Assembly (NCBI GenBank): GCA_965203355.1
Contig: OZ241889.1
Coordinates: forward strand, 3,648,001 to 3,712,000
Reading direction: 5' to 3'
From: Candidatus Latescibacterota bacterium
GTDB taxonomy: Bacteria > Latescibacterota > UBA2968 > UBA8231
DNA: 64,000 bases
Under the pieces are notes generated by a model that worked only from the letters and a program-made list of their open reading frames with translations, searched no databases and had not been told where the DNA came from. Positions 1-9,721 of the stretch are shown piece after piece. Position 1 is the first letter of the stretch. Each line of letters begins with the position of its first letter. The translations under genes were made by a program, and so were the position numbers.

Positions 1-3000
1 TCTCGCCCATCACCGTCGGCGTCCCGGAAATCGTCCGGGTGGCCGGGTCAAACGACAGCCCGGCCGGCAGCCCCGACACGCTATACGTCAGCGGCGGAGT
101 GCCCCCGGAGACGGCCGGCAACGTCAGGTTTGCCGGCACGTTAATGGTGAATTGAATCATGTTGTCGGTGTGCGAATCCGCCGGATTGGCTTTGCCGACT
201 CCGCCGAACGCACCGAACAACGCACCGAGGTCGACAAAATCCAGCATCGCGTTGACTGTAATCGCGAACGTCAGCGAGACGCTTTTATCGCCAGCCATCG
301 CCGTGTAGGTGACTTCAACGGCCCCATCGGTCGCCGCGTCTGGTGTGCCCGAAATCGTCCGGGTCGCCGCGTCAAACGACAGCCCGGCCGGTAGCCCCGA
401 CACGCTGTACATGATGGTTCCCTCGCCGCCCAACGCCACCGGCAGCACCAACGGCGTAATCGCCGTGCCCGCCGTGTAGGTGTGTGCGGCGACCGAAGTG
501 CCCTCGACAAAAGCCAAGGCGATCATCATGTCCTCATCGCCGTCCATCATGCCGCTGTCCATGTCGGTCAGCACCAGCGTCGCCGAATCCGAAGTCAAGC
601 CGGGCAGCATCGCGTTGAGGATGATCGTCTCGTCGCCCTCGGCCATACTGTCGGCTGTCGGATTAACCAACAGGCGGGTCGAACCCATGATCGAACCGGC
701 GGCAATGGTAATTATCGGATCGAACAAGGCCGAATAGTCCGTGTCGCGCATGGCACTGCTCGAAACCTCATCAATCGAGATGGTCGCCGTGGCGTCCTCG
801 GCCAATGGCTTGCCGTCCAGCGCGGCCATGACCATCACTTCGGTCAATTCTGCCGTCTCGGGGATCGCGCTCGGCATCACCGACAGCACCAGAGACGTGC
901 TGGCGGTCTCGTCGTCGGAAATGCGGATATCTACTTGACCCCAGCCGCCCGAAGCCGCCGCCCGGATCCCTACATACTTATGACCGGCCGCCGCAGCGTT
1001 GTCGATCGGCGACAGGAAAAGCGTCGTCCAGCCCATCGTCTCGCCGGCCGGAATGGTGACGATCCCCGCCAATGTCGCGGTGTAATCCACGTCGCGGGTG
1101 GCCATCGCGCCGCTGGCTGGCGGCACAATCGTGAAGCGGACCATCTCGGCGGCCGGAGCCGCGCCCGACAGAGTCGCCGTAACCCGGATTTCGGTCGTCT
1201 CGCCGTTTTCGCGCACGGCCGATTGCGAAGCCATCACACTCGCGACGCCAATCGTCACCGGCGCGGCTTCACCCACCGTGATGGTGAAGGTCCGTCCGCC
1301 GATGTCGCCGTCGCTATCAATCGCCGTATAGACGACCGTGGCCATGCCCGCCAGCGTCGGCGTACCCGAAAGCGTCCGGGTGGCCGCGTCAAACGACAGA
1401 CCCAGCGGCAAGGTCGCCGAAACGCTGTACATCAGCGTTCCTTGGCCGCCCATGGCCGCGGGCAAGACCTCGCTGAACGCCTGACCCACCGTCGCTTCAA
1501 AAGCCAACGCAGCATCGCCAAAGCTCGGCTGTCCCGTGTCCGCTGGCGTTTCGGACGAATCGTCCGTCATCACCGCGTCTTTCAGCGTGATCTTCGCGGT
1601 GCTGACCACGATCTTTTTGTTCTCTTGGTTCTTGAGATTGTCCGTGATCTGCTTCAGCGTGATCGTCTCGTCGTTGTCGGCTTTGCCGTCGTAGATCGGC
1701 GTAACCGTGATCGTCGTCTGGCCAACGACCTCGCCGCGCGGAATCGTCAGCGAGCTAAGCATCGCCGTGTAGTCCAGTTCCCGATCCGCCGAACCGGCCG
1801 CATCCTCATCCAAACCCAGCGCGATGGTCGCATCCGCGTCGAGCACCTTGCCGTCCAACGTGGCGGTCACCGTCACGGTCGTCGCTCCGGCGTCCTCTTT
1901 GATTTCGCCCGGGCTGACCGACAGCGTGATGTTTTTGCTCAGCGTCTCATCGTCGGTAATCGTGAACTTCGCATCCTTCATCTGCGTCGATTCCGAGCCG
2001 ACCTTCGCTTGCACCGTGAACGTCCACGGATTATTCACAGCGCTGTTGTTCGTCGGGGTGACGCGCAGCATGGCCGTGCCTTTGGTGGTGCCGGCCGGGA
2101 TCGTCAAGCCCTCGAGGATCTCCACTTCGTAATTCACGTCGCGCGTCCCCTCACCCGCCGTAATCTGAAAGTCCACCGCCTTAGAGCCGGTTAAAGCCGT
2201 CTCCAATTCAACGTTCATCGCAACGTCAGTCGCCCCGACTTCCTCGCGTATCGACTTCGGACTCAGCGTAAAATTCTTGATCCGCGCCACTGCAACATCC
2301 TCGACCGTGACGATGCCGGAGTTGATCGTAAGCGGAATGACAAAAGTGTCCACATACTTTAGCGTTCTGTGTGTGTCCGGGTCTATTGCCCGCTTCTTAA
2401 CGAAAGTATCCTCGACGTCGGAATCGCCGTTAAAGTCGATGCTAAAACCCCAATTTGTTTCCCCGATTCCGTCTTCCGAGGTCTTGATGTCCGCGCACAC
2501 TTGTAGCTTCGTGTCCGTTGCATCAAATAAGCAGAGACCTACCTCGGATAACATCTTACCCTCGGGCACCTTATACGTATCCAAATAATCGCCATCCCTG
2601 AAAAAGTCGATCCCCAAGTCGGCTTCTGCCAACACGGTCCCCGCAGGTGCGAAGTCGGAATCTTTATAATTATTAGCACCATAACCTGTAGCCCTATCGG
2701 CTTTTATCCCAACATACCCGTCACCATCGGCGTCGGTTCCAACATCCCCATCGCCGTTTAAGTCTATGCCCATTGTCTTGACGCTGTAAGTCTGGTTGTT
2801 TGTGGAGATACTGAATGGTGTATATGTGACATGCTCTGGCGCATTAGACTGCACTGGCAGCATAAAACCATCGTCCTCAAAGGTACCATCGAGATTAAGG
2901 TCGATCCGGACCCGCCGCCCCTCGCTGTTCTGCCGTTTTAACTTCACGACCAGCTTATTGTCACTGGGCTTTAGCACGATCTTGCCCGCCTTATTTTTCG

Positions 3001-3943
3001 GAGCGAGGGTGAACGTAGTCGTCGCGTCGAACTTACGCTGCGGAACGGTCAGCTTCCCCAAGCCGCTAAGCGAGTAATGCACATCGCGCGTCAACGTATC
3101 GCTGGTAGCCCCTTTGCCCTCGACAGGAGCCAGTCGGGTTTCAATGGCTTGGGTGGTTTGGGTCTTAAACGCGCGGCCATTCAACGTCCCCGTCAATTCA
3201 ATCGGAGTCGCATCCGCCTGCTTGCTGAGCTTGGACGGCGCAAAAGAAAGGTCAAGCGCACTCGGCAACTGATCATCGTCGATGATCTCCACATACATTC
3301 TCGAATACGTTCTAATAATGTGTTCTTGTACGTCAAAGCGTATAACAGGATGCTCGCCGCCAATGTATTCGGCCGAACTTTTGAAACCAATTTTATAGTT
3401 ACCCCCTTCAAACCGAAACACGACCGGGATATTAACTCCACCGTCTAAATCCTCTTTATCGCCAGGTCGCCTAAAGTTGGCCTGCCTCCTTATACTCGCA
3501 GCCATATCATTAAAAGCATTCAGACTCGCAGCCTGCCGCTCATAGTGATTGAAGACTTTTTTGGAGAAATCGCACTCGGTGGCTGTGGCTGAGCAAGGCC
3601 CGACTCGCTTATTGTTTATCGGGGTTATGGTCAGCGTTCCTGTCGTCTTTTTGTCGCCCTTCTTAACCACGAGATTGGGGGTAGATAAGGTGAAGAACTC
3701 ACCGTAATACTTTGAGTAGGGACGCTCCGCATCGAAAAGCATCCCAACGGGAATATCTTCGGTCGCCGCCGTCCCCCCCTTTGTTTCTAAGGTCACCGTA
3801 ATATCTTGTGCCCCTCCGTCCTCGCGGATCAAAACCCGGTCAAAGGAGACGAATAGGCTATCTTGGGCCGCGGCCTCCCCGGCCAACAGCAAACAAGGCA
3901 AAAAAGCCAAACGCCGCATCGCATAAATAAATGAACGTACCAT
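1..3943 (-). CDS. Large secreted Ig/Calx-beta-like repeat surface protein with putative Ig (He_PIG) domains; runs off window start; paralog of 53296..57555
   Basis: ATG at 3943 after GGGAGG RBS; signal peptide MVRSFIYAMRRLAFLPCLLLAGEAAAQ; frame open where checked by hand; LPAGLSFDAATRTISGTP repeats; strong DNA similarity to 54050-57500; absent from ORF track because no stop in window. Confidence 0.85.
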   Translation of the reverse strand, partial: MVRSFIYAMRRLAFLPCLLLAGEAAAQDSLFVSFDRVLIREDGGAQDITVTLETKGGTAATEDIPVGMLFDAERPYSKYYGEFFTLSTPNLVVKKGDKKTTGTLTITPINNKRVGPCSATATECDFSKKVFNHYERQAASLNAFNDMAASIRRQANFRRPGDKEDLDGGVNIPVVFRFEGGNYKIGFKSSAEYIGGEHPVIRFDVQEHIIRTYSRMYVEIIDDDQLPSALDLSFAPSKLSKQADATPIELTGTLNGRAFKTQTTQAIETRLAPVEGKGATSDTLTRDVHYSLSGLGKLTVPQRKFDATTTFTLAPKNKAGKIVLKPSDNKLVVKLKRQNSEGRRVRIDLNLDGTFEDDGFMLPVQSNAPEHVTYTPFSISTNNQTYSVKTMGIDLNGDGDVGTDADGDGYVGIKADRATGYGANNYKDSDFAPAGTVLAEADLGIDFFRDGDYLDTYKVPEGKMLSEVGLCLFDATDTKLQVCADIKTSEDGIGETNWGFSIDFNGDSDVEDTFVKKRAIDPDTHRTLKYVDTFVIPLTINSGIVTVEDVAVARIKNFTLSPKSIREEVGATDVAMNVELETALTGSKAVDFQITAGEGTRDVNYEVEILEGLTIPAGTTKGTAMLRVTPTNNSAVNNPWTFTVQAKVGSESTQMKDAKFTITDDETLSKNITLSVSPGEIKEDAGATTVTVTATLDGKVLDADATIALGLDEDAAGSADRELDYTAMLSSLTIPRGEVVGQTTITVTPIYDGKADNDETITLKQITDNLKNQENKKIVVSTAKITLKDAVMTDDSSETPADTGQPSFGDAALAFEATVGQAFSEVLPAAMGGQGTLMYSVSATLPLGLSFDAATRTLSGTPTLAGMATVVYTAIDSDGDIGGRTFTITVGEAAPVTIGVASVMASQSAVRENGETTEIRVTATLSGAAPAAEMVRFTIVPPASGAMATRDVDYTATLAGIVTIPAGETMGWTTLFLSPIDNAAAAGHKYVGIRAAASGGWGQVDIRISDDETASTSLVLSVMPSAIPETAELTEVMVMAALDGKPLAEDATATISIDEVSSSAMRDTDYSALFDPIITIAAGSIMGSTRLLVNPTADSMAEGDETIILNAMLPGLTSDSATLVLTDMDSGMMDGDEDMMIALAFVEGTSVAAHTYTAGTAITPLVLPVALGGEGTIMYSVSGLPAGLSFDAATRTISGTPDAATDGAVEVTYTAMAGDKSVSLTFAITVNAMLDFVDLGALFGAFGGVGKANPADSHTDNMIQFTINVPANLTLPAVSGGTPPLTYSVSGLPAGLSFDPATRTISGTPTVMGE

Positions 3944-4045
3944 TACTTAACCTCCCTTAGGAAAAGGCATCGCCCAATGGCGAAAGTGAAGTGATAAGAA
4001 AATGATTTCGGTTGGTGGCCAGTGGCTGGGCCGGGCCGGGCAGAA

Positions 4046-4222
4046 CAAAAAACCGCCATCGGCAACGCGCTCGGCGATGGCGTTCTCTGTGCTATTGACG
4101 CTGTGTCCATGTCTTGTTAATCCGACTAAGAATGCCGCAAGCGGCGCCGGTTGCATCCCCACATGCAACGCGCCGCTGTGAATTATTCTGCATAATTAAT
4201 AAATTCAAAACGGATATGTCAA
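4046..4222 (-). promoter_or_regulatory. Putative sigma70 promoter (TTGACA at 4217-4222) and conserved structured 5' leader ending in a terminator-like hairpin
   Basis: Homologous to 57960-58150; GCCATCG..CGATGGC stem followed by GGTTTTTT on minus strand. Confidence 0.55.
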
Positions 4223-4242
4223 ACGAATAATACTAGAGTGCA

Positions 4243-4297
4243 ATGTCCCAAAAATCGGGGGGGGGGGGGGGTAAGTTGTTGTTTTTTAACGACTTAC
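4243..4297. repeat. G15 homopolymer element with adjacent GTAAGT..ACTTAC palindrome (copy 1)
   Basis: aaaatc-G15-taagttgttgttttttaacgacttac; second copy at 57873-57929. Confidence 0.8.
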
Positions 4298-4396
4298 GCT
4301 AATTAAAGTTCGACATCGTTGCCAGCGCAAAATAAGTGTTAATTATTTCACTTCTCTAATAATTAACAACTTCAAGCTCGGATCGCAACGCTGCGA

Positions 4397-5851
4397 TCAG
4401 CGCGTACTTTTACCCGTCAGCACGAACCACACCGTTTGCAACATAATCTTGAAGTCCAGCTTGAGCGACATGTTTTCAATGTAATACAAATCGTATTCCA
4501 GCCGCTCGCGGGCAATGCCCACCACGTCCTTAGAATCGAGATCGAACTCATGCTTGGACTGCGCCCAACCCAACAGGCCGGGCTTGACGTTAAAACGCCG
4601 CATGTACAAGGGAATCTGCTTTTTGAACTGCTCGACGAAAAACGGGCGTTCCGGGCGCGGGCCGACCAAACTCATGTCGCCGCGCAAGAAGTTGATGCAC
4701 TGGGGAATCTCGTCTAAGTGTAGGGCGCGTAGCACCCGGCCAACCCGGGTCACCCGTGGATCGGCCCCGGTGACCCAAACCGGCCCGGTCTTTTTCTCCG
4801 CATCCACGTACATCGAGCGGAATTTGAGCATCGCAAAGGTCCGGCCCCCCGCGCCGACGCGCTCTTGGCGAAAAAACACCGGCCCCTTCGAGGTCAGCTT
4901 GATCGCCGCGGCCACCAACATCCACAACGGAGCCAAGCCCGTGAGCACGACAACGGCCACCAACAGATCGATGAGCCGCTTGACCGTCCGCTGCCAAGCG
5001 GGCATCAGCTCGGGCTTGAGCTCCATCAGCGGCACGCCGTTAATCTGCGTCGTACGCACGTGACCGGCCACAATGTCGTACAAGTCGGGCGTGATGCCAA
5101 AGGAGACCGGCAACCCCTCGGCCTCCTCCACGATCTGCATGATCTCTTCGTGCGAATTGGCTTGCAGGGCGATGAGCACCGCCTCAATGCCCTCGGCCCC
5201 GAGGATGGTCCGCAGATCGCGTACGGCCCCGAGCACCGGCAGGCCGTCAATGGCCGCGTGCTCGTTCTCGCCGTGCGCCCGCACCAACCCCACAATCTCA
5301 TACCCCTGCGCCGGTGCCGCCCGCAACGCCCGCAACAGCCTTATACCGCGCCCATTCACGCCCACGATGGCCGTGCGCCGGAGGCCAATGCCGCGCAACA
5401 AAAGCTGCCGCTCAAAGCTACGCAGCAGCAGCCGCCCGCCGGCCACCAGCGCGACCATACCCAGCCAATAGAACAAGACCAGCAATCGAGTGAGGCGCAT
5501 GTCGCGGTCAAAGGTGGCGACCATGGCCAGCAAGATGCCCAAGGTGACGACCTTGAGGACCTCGGACATTTCGTCGAAGCGCGAACTAGCGGGCGAGGAT
5601 TGATAGAAGCCAAAAAACAGAAACAGCAGCAGCCAGCAACCGCTTATCAGCGGCAACACGTCCGAATAATAACCCAACGCATACCAGAAAGTCGGCTCCC
5701 CTACCGCGTCTGGATAGAGCCGTTCGTAGTTGTGGCGCACGATCGCCAGCCCACCGCCGGCCAGCTTCATCCACAAAAAGAACACCGACGCCAAGCTGGC
5801 GGCAGCCGTGTCACTCAACAACAGCAGGACCACTCGTTTCAGACGCGACAT
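4397..5851 (-). CDS. Polyprenyl glycosylphosphotransferase (WcaJ/WbaP-type priming sugar transferase)
   Basis: KRLIDL, KFRSM, DPRVTRVGR, LDEIPQ, GDMSLVGPRPE, DLYYIEN motifs; N-terminal TM helices. Confidence 0.93.
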   Translation of the reverse strand: MSRLKRVVLLLLSDTAAASLASVFFLWMKLAGGGLAIVRHNYERLYPDAVGEPTFWYALGYYSDVLPLISGCWLLLFLFFGFYQSSPASSRFDEMSEVLKVVTLGILLAMVATFDRDMRLTRLLVLFYWLGMVALVAGGRLLLRSFERQLLLRGIGLRRTAIVGVNGRGIRLLRALRAAPAQGYEIVGLVRAHGENEHAAIDGLPVLGAVRDLRTILGAEGIEAVLIALQANSHEEIMQIVEEAEGLPVSFGITPDLYDIVAGHVRTTQINGVPLMELKPELMPAWQRTVKRLIDLLVAVVVLTGLAPLWMLVAAAIKLTSKGPVFFRQERVGAGGRTFAMLKFRSMYVDAEKKTGPVWVTGADPRVTRVGRVLRALHLDEIPQCINFLRGDMSLVGPRPERPFFVEQFKKQIPLYMRRFNVKPGLLGWAQSKHEFDLDSKDVVGIARERLEYDLYYIENMSLKLDFKIMLQTVWFVLTGKSTR

Positions 5852-5858
5852 AAACCCT

Positions 5859-6998
5859 TTACCTCGCGGGCTGCCAGACGCGGTGGCGGCGCCCCATGAG
5901 GAAGCTCAGCAGCCCCAGCAGCGTACCCCAGTTGGTAGCAGTGAAATAGGCCGGCACGTAGAACAGCCCATAGCGCCCGAGCCGCTCCGGCCACAACAGG
6001 CCCAGCACCGCCAAGCCATAGAAAGCCACTTGCAGCGCGAGCAACAGGCCGTAGTATTCGCGCCCGGCCAACGGGATATTGACCGCCAGCACGACCAACA
6101 GCCAGACCGGCACCAGCCAGCGAAGCAGCTTGTGGGAAAACATCTGAAACGCAAAAAAAAAGTGCGTCAATGGGTTGAGCACGCCCGCCTCGGTCCACAG
6201 CCCGTAGAGCGAGCGCGAGACAATGCGGCGGCGGCGGCGGCACTCATCGCCAAAGCGGCCGCTGCTGTACTCGGTGGCCACGGCCGTTGGCTCGTACGCA
6301 ATGCGAAAGCCGCGCCGCCAAGCCCGCAGGGGCGCGACAAAATCGCTGATAACATCGCCGGGCAACTCGACGAACAGCGCGCGCCGAAGCGCGTAGATCG
6401 CCCCATTGGCGCCTAGCGCAGAGCTGAGCAAGCTCTCCCGCCGCTTGAGAAACTGCTCGTAGCACCAGTACAGGCCCTCGCCCTTGCCCGCGCCTTGCTC
6501 GTCCGGGTTGGCGTATTGCAACTCGCCGCAGACGCAGCCGATTCGCCCGTCGGCAAAAGGGGCCAACAGCCGCTTGAGCGCGCTGGGCGCGTACAGGCTA
6601 TTGGCGTCAGAAAACGCGACAAACTCCCCTCTCGCCAAGCGCACCCCGGCGTTTTGCGCCTCGGTCTTGCCCCGGCGGACCGCCTGCCGGTGTAGCCGCA
6701 CCCCGCGCCCGGCAAATTCGGCGGCAATGCGGTCGGTGCCATCGGTCGAGGCATCCGAGACGACGATGATGTCGAGCCGCTCAGCCGGATAGTCCATGGC
6801 CAGCGCATTTTCTAGCTTAGCGCGCAACACGGCTTCTTCGTTGTGCGCGGCAATAATCAACGAGGCGGCGGGCCATTCGCCGAGCGGCGCGTACTCGGGC
6901 CGCTGGCGGCCAGCCGCCAAGAGCCACAGCAAAACCGGATAGATCAGATAGGTATAGACGATGAGGAATAAAGCGGCCCAAAAAATGGCGACGAGCAT
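5859..6998 (-). CDS. Glycosyltransferase family 2
   Basis: IIAAHNEE, VVSDASTDGT, FSDAN, GANGAIYALRR motifs. Confidence 0.9.
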   Translation of the reverse strand: MLVAIFWAALFLIVYTYLIYPVLLWLLAAGRQRPEYAPLGEWPAASLIIAAHNEEAVLRAKLENALAMDYPAERLDIIVVSDASTDGTDRIAAEFAGRGVRLHRQAVRRGKTEAQNAGVRLARGEFVAFSDANSLYAPSALKRLLAPFADGRIGCVCGELQYANPDEQGAGKGEGLYWCYEQFLKRRESLLSSALGANGAIYALRRALFVELPGDVISDFVAPLRAWRRGFRIAYEPTAVATEYSSGRFGDECRRRRRIVSRSLYGLWTEAGVLNPLTHFFFAFQMFSHKLLRWLVPVWLLVVLAVNIPLAGREYYGLLLALQVAFYGLAVLGLLWPERLGRYGLFYVPAYFTATNWGTLLGLLSFLMGRRHRVWQPAR

Positions 6999-7108
6999 GG
7001 GATTCTAGCGGTAGGAGACCGTTCTCGTTATATTTTCGTCCTTTGTGTCCATTTGTGCAACCGCGCATGGTCCGCGCTGAATGGGCCTAAGTCGCCCGCA
7101 GTTTCGCC

Positions 7109-8266
7109 TTAGCCCAGCACGTCCTCGTACAGCGCGTAGATCTGCGCCGCCACCCGGCGATAGTCGTAACGCGACTCGGCCTGCCGGCGGATCGCCGCGC
7201 GGTCGTAGCGGTCGTATTCGTCTAGCACCGCGAGGATGCCCGCCGCCAAGTCCTCGGCGTCGCCGACCGCCACGAGCCGCCCGACCGCCTCATTGACGAT
7301 CTCGGCCGGGCCTCCGCAGCGCGTGGCGACCACCGGCAAGCCACAAGCCATGGCTTCGATTAGCGACGTGGTCAAGCCTTCGCTAAAACTGGGCAGCACG
7401 AACAGATCGGCAGCGGCCATATAAGGCGGCAACTCCTCCCACGGCACCGCATCCTCAAACGACACATGCTCGGACAGGTTCAAGGCCCTGACTTGCGGGC
7501 GGAAAGGCTCGGCGGTCCCGGTCGCCGGGTGGCCGCCGATCAAGGTCAACGAGACATCGCGGCCCTGACGGCGCACCTTAGCCAGTGCCGCCAGCAAGAC
7601 GCGCAACCCCTTTGCCTCGACAAATCGGCCCACGTACAGTAGGCGCCACTTTTCTTTATGGGGCGGGTGCGAACCAGCCGCCGCAAAGAGCCGACAGTCA
7701 ACGCCATTGGGAATGCAGCGAACCTTGTCGGCCAAAACACCCAACTGCACAACCTCGCGGCGCAACTCTTGGCTGACGGCAATAACGGCCGCCGCTTGCG
7801 TTAGGGCTTCAACTATCCGTTGCCGCCACTGGGGCTTGAGCTGGGGCAAAACTTTGACGTCGGAACCGTGGACCGTAATGACGACGGGCCGACCGATTTG
7901 CGCGCCATACTCAATAGCGGCTCGACCGTCGGGATAGGCGCAGTGCGCGTGAATGAGGTCCGGCACCTCCTCGACCGCGTTGCACAAAGCTCTGAGGTGA
8001 AAACGCCACTGCTCGGAAAAGAAAATTCGCCGTGGTACGGCAAAGCGGCGGGGGTGCCGCACCTCGATTCCGTCTAGCACTTGGCGGCGGGGGACGCGGC
8101 GATAGGCACTCCACAACCCAAATCCCGGCAGGGGAAACCAAGGCACCGGTGCCACAACCGCTAGTTGACAATGCGCTGTGAGGAAACGCACCTGATTGTG
8201 GACAAAACTTCCGTAGAGCTTGGATACGACGTTGGGGTAGAGATGCGATAGCACCAAAACTTTCAC
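7109..8266 (-). CDS. Glycosyltransferase family 4
   Basis: TVHGSD, YVGRFVEAKG, FVLPSFSEG..LIEAMACGLPVVAT. Confidence 0.92.
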   Translation of the reverse strand: MKVLVLSHLYPNVVSKLYGSFVHNQVRFLTAHCQLAVVAPVPWFPLPGFGLWSAYRRVPRRQVLDGIEVRHPRRFAVPRRIFFSEQWRFHLRALCNAVEEVPDLIHAHCAYPDGRAAIEYGAQIGRPVVITVHGSDVKVLPQLKPQWRQRIVEALTQAAAVIAVSQELRREVVQLGVLADKVRCIPNGVDCRLFAAAGSHPPHKEKWRLLYVGRFVEAKGLRVLLAALAKVRRQGRDVSLTLIGGHPATGTAEPFRPQVRALNLSEHVSFEDAVPWEELPPYMAAADLFVLPSFSEGLTTSLIEAMACGLPVVATRCGGPAEIVNEAVGRLVAVGDAEDLAAGILAVLDEYDRYDRAAIRRQAESRYDYRRVAAQIYALYEDVLG

Positions 8267-9714
8267 GGCTGGTCCTCGCGCTCTTCAAGCGCTGGCACGG
8301 CAAACATAACTCCTGTGAACATCCACAAGAAATTGTTGGCAAACTCGCCGGTGAAGGTGAGGCTGACTTGGAAGGTGACGAAAATCGCCACCAGCGCAAT
8401 CATCACACTGCGCAAGTACTCGTCCTGCATGAGCCTGATATGCTTGAGCGCAAAAGCCAAGACGCGCCAGACGATCCAGATGGCGGCCAACATCCCCACA
8501 ATCCCGAGCTCGGCGATGATGGTCGCAAACAAGGTATGCGACTCGCGCGTCGGCAACCAATGGGGAAAACCGGCTGGCTTGTAGTCTTCAAAGACGACCG
8601 GAAAAGCACGCCAACCGACCCCGAGCAAGGGATGGGTTAAGAACATTTTGAATCCGGCGATGGCAAAGTAAACCCGCGCGGTACTCGAAGCTCGGCTGTC
8701 CGCGCCAAACTCCCCAAACAGCGAGAAGATCGAATAGAACCGCTCGAAAATGTAATCGGCAAAAGAGACGTAGTTCTTGATGGCCAAGATGGCGACGCAA
8801 AATGCTATCGCAACGTAAAAGAGATAGCGCAATTTACCTGACAAAAGCAGCAACACGACCAGCCCCACGCCCAGCGCGACCCAATTGCTGCGGCTGAAGG
8901 TGAGGACCAAGGCCACGATGCCCAATCCAATAGCCAGCAACAACAGCAGCCGCTTCCACCAGCACAGCTTGGGTACCAAAAAAATTCCAGCCATGAAGAG
9001 GATACTCACGGCGAGAAAGGTGCCGAAGATATTGGGATTGCGATAGGTCCCAGAAGCGCGCGGCGTATTGGCTCCCACGCTAGAAACCACGCTCGCCGGC
9101 AGGTAGAATTGCTCCGAGATGATCTGGAACACAGCCAGCACGGACGCGCCCGCCAAGACGACTCCGAGTGACACAATCGTCAGGTTGAGCACGCGACGCG
9201 AGTCGATGAGCACTTGGGTCATATAGAGAAATAAGGACAAAAAGACGATGCGAAAGAAACTAATCGTGGCTTCGGGTTGGTTGGGTGAATAAGTGAGAGA
9301 AACCGCCATACAACCGAGAAACAGCACGAGCGGTGCTTGTATTTCGAGCGGTGGGAAAGTGCGGCGCTTTTGAAGAAAAATGTGGCTGGCTAACCCAATG
9401 AAGAGCAGGACAAACGACAGATGAAAGCCGGTGACCGACACCCCGAGGGCGGTTGTTTGGATGACGCGCCCGGCCGAATCCAAGGCCGTGGTGACAATGA
9501 TTGCTGGAATCGCGAGCCAAGGATATAAGGTCAGGAGGCACAACCCGAGCCACAACACAATGACGAGCACCGCGCCCCCCAAACCCCACAATGCTTGTTC
9601 GCGTGGCAAGAAGAGAACAGCGACCAAAAACGCTACTTGGACCAATAGAAAAACAGCAAACCCTTTGTAGCCCATTTTGGTCAAATTGGCGCGCTGTTGG
9701 ACCCATTGCGTCAT
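8263..9714 (-). CDS. O-antigen ligase/Wzy-like membrane protein
   Basis: Multi-TM; RASGTYRNPN, LTFSRS, HPLLGVG, SH..F..I.AELGIVG. Confidence 0.85.
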   Translation of the reverse strand: MTQWVQQRANLTKMGYKGFAVFLLVQVAFLVAVLFLPREQALWGLGGAVLVIVLWLGLCLLTLYPWLAIPAIIVTTALDSAGRVIQTTALGVSVTGFHLSFVLLFIGLASHIFLQKRRTFPPLEIQAPLVLFLGCMAVSLTYSPNQPEATISFFRIVFLSLFLYMTQVLIDSRRVLNLTIVSLGVVLAGASVLAVFQIISEQFYLPASVVSSVGANTPRASGTYRNPNIFGTFLAVSILFMAGIFLVPKLCWWKRLLLLLAIGLGIVALVLTFSRSNWVALGVGLVVLLLLSGKLRYLFYVAIAFCVAILAIKNYVSFADYIFERFYSIFSLFGEFGADSRASSTARVYFAIAGFKMFLTHPLLGVGWRAFPVVFEDYKPAGFPHWLPTRESHTLFATIIAELGIVGMLAAIWIVWRVLAFALKHIRLMQDEYLRSVMIALVAIFVTFQVSLTFTGEFANNFLWMFTGVMFAVPALEEREDQP

Positions 9715-9721
9715 GTCGTAA

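Noticed and set aside
482-2194. 570-aa plus-strand ORF (and the similar 54301..55326)
   Set aside because: Antisense shadow of the minus-strand surface-protein gene; Arg-rich with no motifs.
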